Virus record (IMG/VR): IMGVR_UViG_3300044825_001821
Span: 64,001-128,000 of that record
DNA length: 64,000 nucleotides
From: a virus
Strand: one strand, 5' to 3'
Shown: piece by piece, positions 57,933 through 64,000 of the stretch
Layout of the letters: every line of letters begins with the position of its first letter
Position numbering within the stretch: the first letter of the stretch is position 1
Made by a program: the position numbers and the translations under genes
Notes under the pieces: generated by a model
Seen by the model: the letters and a program-made list of their open reading frames with translations, nothing else
Database searches by the model: none
Told to the model about the DNA's origin: nothing

Positions 57933-59621
57933 ATGGCATTTCAATTATCACCTGGAGTGAATGTATCAGAGATCGATCTGACTACAGTTATTCCTTCAGT
58001 TGCCACTTCTACTGGCGCTTTCGTAGGACCTTTTAATTGGGGACCATGTGGTGTTGTAACAACTATTTCCGATGAAGTTCGACTTGTGGACACATTCGGC
58101 AAACCAGACGAAAATAATTATGAATATTGGTTCTCTGCTGCGAACTTCCTAGCATATGGCAACAATATTAAAGTCGTTCGTGCCGTACCAAGCACAGGCA
58201 TAAACTCTTCAGCAAACGGAACTGGCTTGGTTATCAAAAATGAAGATGACTATTACGATAATCATACCGGTTATACAGATGGCGCATGGGGTGGATGGGT
58301 TGCTCGTTGGCCTGGCGCTTTAGGTAACTCTCTAAAAATTTCTGTGGCCGATCTTGGAACGTTTGGTACATGGCCATATCGTACACAATTCACTGCAAAC
58401 ACTGGAACATCAACATATGTTTCAAATAAAGGTGGTGCAAATGACGAAGTTCACATTGTTGTTGTTGACGAAGATGGTTTGTGGTCAGGCACAGCAGGTA
58501 CAGTGTTAGAAAAATATGCATTTGTTTCAAAAGCATCCGATGCAAAAGATGATACTGGTAACTCAAATTACTATAAAGATGTTATCAATAAAAAATCAAA
58601 GTATGTATGGTGGGTTGCACATCCAGCAACAGCAAACCTAAGTTCTGGTACAGCATGGGGTTCAACTGCAAATGCTACAGCATTTAAAATAACCACAGCG
58701 AACGTTGTTTATTCGTTTGGTTCTGGTTCAGATGGTATCGTGGGTTCATCACAGATTACATCTGGTTGGGATTTATTCAAAAATACAGAAGCAGTTGACA
58801 TTTCACTTTGTGTAACTGGAACTGGTAATGAAACTGTTGCCGACTATGTGATCAGTAACATTGCTGAAACTCGTAAAGATTGTGTTGTTTTTCTTTCACC
58901 AGAAAAATCAAACTGCGTAGACAATGCAGGAAACGAAGCATCATCGATTTCAAATTTCAGTGACACAATTACGAAGTCATCATATGCCGTAATGGATTCT
59001 GGTTACAAATATCAGTATGACAAATACAAAGACGTATATCGTTGGGTTCCTCTGAACGGTGATATTGCTGGTTTGTGTGTACGCACCGATACACAAAATG
59101 ATCCTTGGTTCTCACCAGGTGGTATGAATCGTGGTCAAATTAAAAACGTAATCAAGCTGGCATGGAATCCTACTAAGGCAGAACGTGATACTCTTTATAC
59201 AAAAGGTGTTAACCCTGTTGTATCGTTCCCAGGTGAAGGCACAGTTCTTTTTGGAGACAAAACTCTGTTAGCAAAACCAAGTGCATTTGATCGTATCAAC
59301 GTTCGTCGTTTGTTCATTACACTTGAAAAAGCAATTGCACGTGCTGCTCGTTTCTCACTGTTCGAATTCAATGATCAGTTTACACGTGCTCAGTTTGTTG
59401 CATTAGTAGAACCATTCCTGCGTGATGTTCAAGGTCGTCGTGGTATCACTGACTTCCGTGTAGTCTGCGATGAAACAAACAACACAGCAGAAATTATTGA
59501 CCGTAATGAATTTGTTGGTGACATTTACATTAAACCTGCTCGTTCTATCAACTTCATTCAACTTAACTTTGTTGCAGTACGTACAGGTGTAAGTTTCAAT
59601 GAGGTCGTGGGCGCAGTTTAA
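57933..59621 (+). CDS. 18: Tail sheath protein gp18
   Basis: MAFQLSPGVNVSEIDLT, F.WGP, YDKY.D.YRWVPLNGDIAGLC, PWFSP.G..RG, FDRINVRRLF, IYIKPARSINFI.LNFVA. Confidence 0.98.
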   Translation: MAFQLSPGVNVSEIDLTTVIPSVATSTGAFVGPFNWGPCGVVTTISDEVRLVDTFGKPDENNYEYWFSAANFLAYGNNIKVVRAVPSTGINSSANGTGLVIKNEDDYYDNHTGYTDGAWGGWVARWPGALGNSLKISVADLGTFGTWPYRTQFTANTGTSTYVSNKGGANDEVHIVVVDEDGLWSGTAGTVLEKYAFVSKASDAKDDTGNSNYYKDVINKKSKYVWWVAHPATANLSSGTAWGSTANATAFKITTANVVYSFGSGSDGIVGSSQITSGWDLFKNTEAVDISLCVTGTGNETVADYVISNIAETRKDCVVFLSPEKSNCVDNAGNEASSISNFSDTITKSSYAVMDSGYKYQYDKYKDVYRWVPLNGDIAGLCVRTDTQNDPWFSPGGMNRGQIKNVIKLAWNPTKAERDTLYTKGVNPVVSFPGEGTVLFGDKTLLAKPSAFDRINVRRLFITLEKAIARAARFSLFEFNDQFTRAQFVALVEPFLRDVQGRRGITDFRVVCDETNNTAEIIDRNEFVGDIYIKPARSINFIQLNFVAVRTGVSFNEVVGAV

Positions 59622-59646
59622 ATAAAGAGAAACAGGAGAAAATTAA

Positions 59647-60192
59647 ATGGCATTTAACGTAAATCAATTCCGTTCACAATTACAAGGTGACGGTGCCCGC
59701 CCAAATCTATTTGAGGTATCAATGCCGTTTCCTGCGTTCTCAATACCAGGAAACGCACAAACAAAAATGACGTTCATGTGTAAGACAGCACAACTTCCAG
59801 GGGCAACTCTGGGCGTTGTGCCAGTTCAATACTTTGGTCGTGAATTAAAGTTTGTAGGTAATCGTACATTTGCTGACTGGACAGTAACAATTATCAACGA
59901 CGAAGATTTCGTAGTACGTAATGCATTCGAGCGTTGGATGAATGGTATCAACAGTCATAATTTGAATGTACGTAATCCATTGGCAACTACACCTCTAGGA
60001 TATACTCAAAATGGTGAGGTTACACAGTTTGGTAAATCTGGTAACCCAATCAAGAAATATAAATTTGTTGGCCTATTCCCAACTGACATCACTCCAATTG
60101 ATGTTGATTGGGGTTCAAATGATACGATTGAAGAGTTTTCTGTAACTCTGACCTACCAGTGGTGGGAAGCAGTTGCAGATGGTGTGATCTAA
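59647..60192 (+). CDS. 19: Tail tube protein gp19
   Basis: GARPNLFEV, FMCK.A.LPG, GR..K..G.RTF.DWTVTIINDEDF, IEEF.VT..YQWW. Confidence 0.97.
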   Translation: MAFNVNQFRSQLQGDGARPNLFEVSMPFPAFSIPGNAQTKMTFMCKTAQLPGATLGVVPVQYFGRELKFVGNRTFADWTVTIINDEDFVVRNAFERWMNGINSHNLNVRNPLATTPLGYTQNGEVTQFGKSGNPIKKYKFVGLFPTDITPIDVDWGSNDTIEEFSVTLTYQWWEAVADGVI

Positions 60193-60193
60193 G

Positions 60194-60220
60194 AGTAAGG
60201 GTGTTTTACCCTTACTTTTT
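60194..60220 (+). terminator. Rho-independent terminator after gene 19
   Basis: AGTAAGGGT-GTTTT-ACCCTTACT followed by a T run. Confidence 0.75.
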
Positions 60221-60238
60221 AATTTAGGATGATATTTA

Positions 60239-61909
60239 ATGGCAATTAAACTATTTGGTTTCACATTTGGTGGAAGGGATGTCGTTAAGGCTGAGAAGCC
60301 CGAACAGGCATCCTTTACACTGCCTTCTGCTGCACAATTGGATGATGGTGCAGTTACAGTCACACAGAATGCTTACTACGGTACCTATGTTGACTTAGAA
60401 GGCTCAGTTCGTAATGAGATTGAACTTATCACAAGGTATCGTGAGATGTCCAATCATCCAGAATGTCAGATGGCAATTGATGAGATTGTCAATGAGGCCA
60501 TCACACACGACGATCAAGGCAGAGTTGTTGACATCGTTCTTGATAATCTAAAACAACCAGAGTCAATCAAGAAAAAAATTATTGAAGAGTTCAACAACGT
60601 TCAAAGAATGTTGAACTTTAATAATTTGGCTGACGATTTGTTCAAGCGTTGGTACATTGATGGTCGTATGTTCTATCATGTGGTAGTAAATGACAAACAA
60701 CCTAATCTTGGTATTCAAGAACTTAGATACATTGATCCACGTAAGATTCGTAAAGTACGTGAGATTAAAAAAGATCGTGACCCGAAAACGGGTGCAATGA
60801 TCATTGTGTCGGTTGCTGAATACTACGTTTATAATGACCGTGGTACAACAACACAAACATTTACCGCAAATGTAGGACAAGGACTCCGCATTGCACCAGA
60901 TTCAATTATTAATGTGAACTCTGGTCTGATGGATGCCAAGAATACATTTGTTATTTCATATCTACATAAAGCAATCAAACCTCTCAATCAACTTAGAATG
61001 ATTGAAGATGCGATTGTTATCTATCGTATTTCACGTGCGCCAGAACGCCGCATATTTTACATTGATGTAGGTAATTTACCACGTGGTAAAGCAGAACAAT
61101 ATCTGCGTGATATCATGATTAAGTACCGTAATAAACTCGTTTACGATGCCAACACAGGTGAGATTCGTGACGAGCGTAAGCACATGTCTATGCTGGAAGA
61201 TTTCTGGTTACCCCGCCGTGAAGGAGGGAAAGGTACAGAGATTACAACTCTACCAGCCGGACAAAATCTTGGTGAACTAGAGGATGTAAAGTATTTCCAA
61301 AAGAAATTGCTTCAGTCTCTAAATGTACCTTATTCACGCCTTGAGTCACAAGAAGGTGGACTTGCAGGGCTTGGTCGTTCACAAGAAGTTACACGTGATG
61401 AACTGAAGTTTGCCAAGTTTGTCATTCGTTTGCGTAATAAGTTTTCACAAGTGTTTGATGATGCATTGAGAATTCAATTGACACTCAAGGGCATCTGTAC
61501 ACGTGAAGAGTGGGATGAGTTCAAAGAAAACATTTACTACGACTTCCGTAAAGACAACAACTTTACCGAATTGCGTGAAGCAGAGTTACTACAAAACAGA
61601 TTACAAATGGTTGGTATGGTTGATCCATTTGTCGGTCGTTACTTCTCTAATAATTATGTCATGAACAAAATTCTCATGATGACTGATGAAGAGATTGAAG
61701 CGATGCAAGAAGAGATTCAAAAAGAAAAGGATACTTTACCTGATGACATGCAAGGACCAGTATTGGGTGGACCACCACAGGGTGCTGCACCACAAGCAGA
61801 GCCAGAAGATAACACGGTAGAGAATGCTGAACAACCTGAGTCACTGACACCTCAACTTGACGATGAGGTAAACAAGTCAGTGGTCAGCATAAATAATAGA
61901 CGCAGATAA
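60239..61909 (+). CDS. 20: Portal protein gp20
   Basis: LI.RYREM..HPE...AI.EIVNEAI, WYIDGR, SYLHKAIKP.NQLRMIEDA.VIYR.SRAPERRIFYIDVGNLP, EDFWLPRREGGKGTEITTLP. Confidence 0.98.
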   Translation: MAIKLFGFTFGGRDVVKAEKPEQASFTLPSAAQLDDGAVTVTQNAYYGTYVDLEGSVRNEIELITRYREMSNHPECQMAIDEIVNEAITHDDQGRVVDIVLDNLKQPESIKKKIIEEFNNVQRMLNFNNLADDLFKRWYIDGRMFYHVVVNDKQPNLGIQELRYIDPRKIRKVREIKKDRDPKTGAMIIVSVAEYYVYNDRGTTTQTFTANVGQGLRIAPDSIINVNSGLMDAKNTFVISYLHKAIKPLNQLRMIEDAIVIYRISRAPERRIFYIDVGNLPRGKAEQYLRDIMIKYRNKLVYDANTGEIRDERKHMSMLEDFWLPRREGGKGTEITTLPAGQNLGELEDVKYFQKKLLQSLNVPYSRLESQEGGLAGLGRSQEVTRDELKFAKFVIRLRNKFSQVFDDALRIQLTLKGICTREEWDEFKENIYYDFRKDNNFTELREAELLQNRLQMVGMVDPFVGRYFSNNYVMNKILMMTDEEIEAMQEEIQKEKDTLPDDMQGPVLGGPPQGAAPQAEPEDNTVENAEQPESLTPQLDDEVNKSVVSINNRRR

Positions 61910-61920
61910 GAGAGGTTATT

Positions 61921-62127
61921 ATGGATATTCAAGACGTTATTAACAATATTGCTGCTGGTGATAGTGCCGCAGCCAAAGAAGGTATAGAAAATGTTTTATC
62001 AGCGAAAGCGTTCGATGCGCTCCAAGGTCGCAAACAAGAAATCGCTTCAACTCTTTTTGGCGGGAAAGAGCAAGAGTCTGAAGAAAACACAGACAATCAA
62101 GAGGCCGAAGAAGTAACTGAAGAATGA
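61921..62127 (+). CDS. Prohead core protein (gp67-like)
   Basis: Small acidic protein directly after the portal; CATAAATA at 61888-61895 upstream. Confidence 0.6.
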   Translation: MDIQDVINNIAAGDSAAAKEGIENVLSAKAFDALQGRKQEIASTLFGGKEQESEENTDNQEAEEVTEE

Positions 62128-62792
62128 AATCGTTACTAGAATTCAAATCTATCGTAGAAGAAGAGAAGTCGGACTATTCAAAGTTTGACGCTCTTGTACG
62201 TGCGGGTCTTGCAAACAAAGCACAGTTGGCACGTATTCATAAAATCTTAGACAAGATGGGAGAAGAGAAGCCAGTATTTAACAATGCTGACCGTGAGATT
62301 CTTCGCAATCTTTTCAATCGCATGGTAGATTTAGTTTCAAGTAAACAGATTTATGGTAAAGCAAGACAAGCAGTGCGTGAAGAATTAACCGAAGCGAAAA
62401 TGGACAGTGTGGGTAGTGCTTACCCATTGCTACCAGACCCACCTGCTGTATTAGTAATCAAACGTAAAGCGGTTAGATTATATCCAGATGGCACACGTAT
62501 TGCAATGTATTGGAGTGATAAATTAAAACGTGTGTTTAGTTTACCGTATGGTCCTGCTGTTGATCCAGTTGTTCAAGCGGAACAATATGTGCAAGAGTTT
62601 TTGCAAACAGAAGAACTATTATTAAATGATGGTAACAGATTGTCTTTAAGTGAAGAAACAAAACAACAAATTATAAACATTTACAGTAAGTTAGATGAAG
62701 AAAGTAAAGAAGTTTTTTGGCAAGAACTAACTGAATCTGTAATCACTTTTGGAAAACTAAATGAATTTTGTAGACTTAATTCTACAGAATAA
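62124..62792 (+). CDS. Hypothetical protein, probable internal head protein
   Basis: 222 aa in the core cluster; DPP.VL..KRKA.R.YP.G...A.Y...KL; several L/I-x-E sites. Confidence 0.55.
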   Translation: MKSLLEFKSIVEEEKSDYSKFDALVRAGLANKAQLARIHKILDKMGEEKPVFNNADREILRNLFNRMVDLVSSKQIYGKARQAVREELTEAKMDSVGSAYPLLPDPPAVLVIKRKAVRLYPDGTRIAMYWSDKLKRVFSLPYGPAVDPVVQAEQYVQEFLQTEELLLNDGNRLSLSEETKQQIINIYSKLDEESKEVFWQELTESVITFGKLNEFCRLNSTE

Positions 62793-63222
62793 GTTAGACG
62801 AAGCCAAAGAGTTAATCTTTGCACGTTTAGATGACATTGCTTCTGTAAGATTAGAAGAAGCAAAGCCTTATGTTGTCGATGAAATGTTTGAAGAAATTGA
62901 AGTCGATGAAGATGTGCTAGAAGAGGCGGCTAAAAAACGCAATCCTAATGTTGTTAAGATGGGTCGCATTACAAAGATACGCCGTCGCATTCGTCGCAAT
63001 AAAAAAGGTAGAATAATCGTACAAAAAAATGTACGCAAATCAGGTATCAAAGGATATCGAATATCTGGTAATACAGTTAAACGTATACCAGCAACAGTAA
63101 GATTACGTAAAGCACGTTTATTAAAACGTTCTTGGAAAACAACAAGAAAAGCAAAACTAAGACGAACATTGTTAAAAAGAAAAATGTCAATGCGCCGTCG
63201 TAAATCTATGGGACTAAAATAA
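62761..63222 (+). CDS. Prohead core protein (gp68-like)
   Basis: Acidic N-terminal half, very basic C-terminal half ending RK.SMRRRKSMGL; between portal and protease. Confidence 0.7.
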   Translation: MNFVDLILQNKLDEAKELIFARLDDIASVRLEEAKPYVVDEMFEEIEVDEDVLEEAAKKRNPNVVKMGRITKIRRRIRRNKKGRIIVQKNVRKSGIKGYRISGNTVKRIPATVRLRKARLLKRSWKTTRKAKLRRTLLKRKMSMRRRKSMGLK

Positions 63223-63223
63223 A

Positions 63224-63586
63224 ATGCCATTTGAAATTACAAATACCCTAAGAGGATCGTCGATAGTTCGAGCAGTCGATGCTGGAACATATACGATTAC
63301 TCTTAATAATTTAAGAGCAAATGCAACAACCGAAACTGTTACCGAAGCAGATATTCGCCATCTTAAATGGTCAACGAATGGGCATATTCGTATTGTTAGA
63401 AACAGTATTCCATTGTTAGCATTACATAACGGTGGTAGCATGGATTTTGATGAGTATGGACATACGCTTGCAAATAATAATACACAAAGCATTGTCATTG
63501 AAATTGTGACTGGTGGAACACTTATTCTAGAATTATCAAAAACTGCAACGTACAATGTTGATCCATACACAGGAGTAAGTCTATAA
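63224..63586 (+). CDS. Hypothetical protein preceding the prohead protease
   Basis: 120 aa, beta-rich; its stop overlaps the gp21 start (TAATG). Confidence 0.6.
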   Translation: MPFEITNTLRGSSIVRAVDAGTYTITLNNLRANATTETVTEADIRHLKWSTNGHIRIVRNSIPLLALHNGGSMDFDEYGHTLANNNTQSIVIEIVTGGTLILELSKTATYNVDPYTGVSL

Positions 63587-64000
63587 TGAAACTCATTAAA
63601 GAACATATTGAAAATGTAAGATATCTTACCGAAAAAACAGAAGATGGTAAGAAACATTTATACATTGAAGGTACATTTCTAGTTGGCGATACAGTCAATC
63701 GCAACAACCGCATGTACAAAATGGATACTCTCCGCAATGAAGTACAACGATATACAGATGAATATATCAAATCTAATCGTGCGTTAGGAGAACTGGGACA
63801 TCCAGACACACCATCTCTAAATCTAGAACGTGTGTCACACAAGATTACAAGTTTGGTAGAGAACGGCAATACATTTGTTGGTAAAGCACTGATCATGGAA
63901 ACACCATATGGCTTAATTGCTAAGAATCTAATTGAGTCTGGCGTTAATCTGGGTGTATCTTCACGTGCATTAGGTTCTGTCGTTATGACAAAAGAAGGTT
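63586..64000 (+). CDS. 21: Prohead protease gp21 (5' part, truncated by window end)
   Basis: Hand translation: MKLIKEHIENVRYLTE...LYIEG.FL.....NRN.R.Y...RALGELGHP..PSLNLERVSHKI...GKA.I..TP.G...LGVSSRALGSV. Confidence 0.95.
   Translation, partial: MKLIKEHIENVRYLTEKTEDGKKHLYIEGTFLVGDTVNRNNRMYKMDTLRNEVQRYTDEYIKSNRALGELGHPDTPSLNLERVSHKITSLVENGNTFVGKALIMETPYGLIAKNLIESGVNLGVSSRALGSVVMTKEG

Noticed and set aside
56246-61909. Introns, inteins or homing endonucleases in terminase, sheath or portal
   Set aside because: ORFs are uninterrupted and of ordinary length; no intein, HNH or GIY-YIG motifs seen.
63522-63896. Minus-strand 124-aa ORF (also 63214-63657 and 62868-63230)
   Set aside because: Antisense to gp21 and the core genes, which have clear family motifs.
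1-64000. Alternative genetic code or tRNA genes
   Set aside because: Conserved genes translate to full length in the standard code and end in TAA, TAG or TGA; intergenic gaps are too short for tRNAs and no cloverleaf was seen.

Overview
A 64-kb segment of a large, AT-rich T4-like myovirus genome (standard genetic code; gene order closer to T4-like cyanophages and aquatic T4-like phages than to T4; host not determinable). It runs from the end of a replication/late-transcription block (gp33, gp59, a HAD nucleotidase, gp32), through an inverted tail block (two paralogous tape-measure-like proteins, gp51, gp26, gp54-like, gp2, gp4) and the baseplate genes (gp48, gp53, hub, gp5, PAAR, gp25, gp6, a 2313-aa gp7, gp8), to a ~24-kb array of fibre/adhesin genes. 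It ends with neck, terminase (with a Dps gene between the subunits), sheath, tube, portal, core genes and a truncated gp21. Main candidates for new biology: (1) a modular 'C-terminal plug peptide + ~110-aa adaptor + Gly-rich head' fibre system, with sequence evidence of strong selection on one plug peptide; (2) a probable programmed -1 frameshift fusing gp26 to gp51, like lambda G/GT; (3) twin tape-measure paralogues carrying different peptidoglycan hydrolases; (4) nested domain insertions in gp7; (5) Ala-Asn enrichment that appears confined to external virion proteins. All family assignments come from motif recognition and synteny, not database searches. I saw no tRNA, CRISPR array, integrase or reverse transcriptase.
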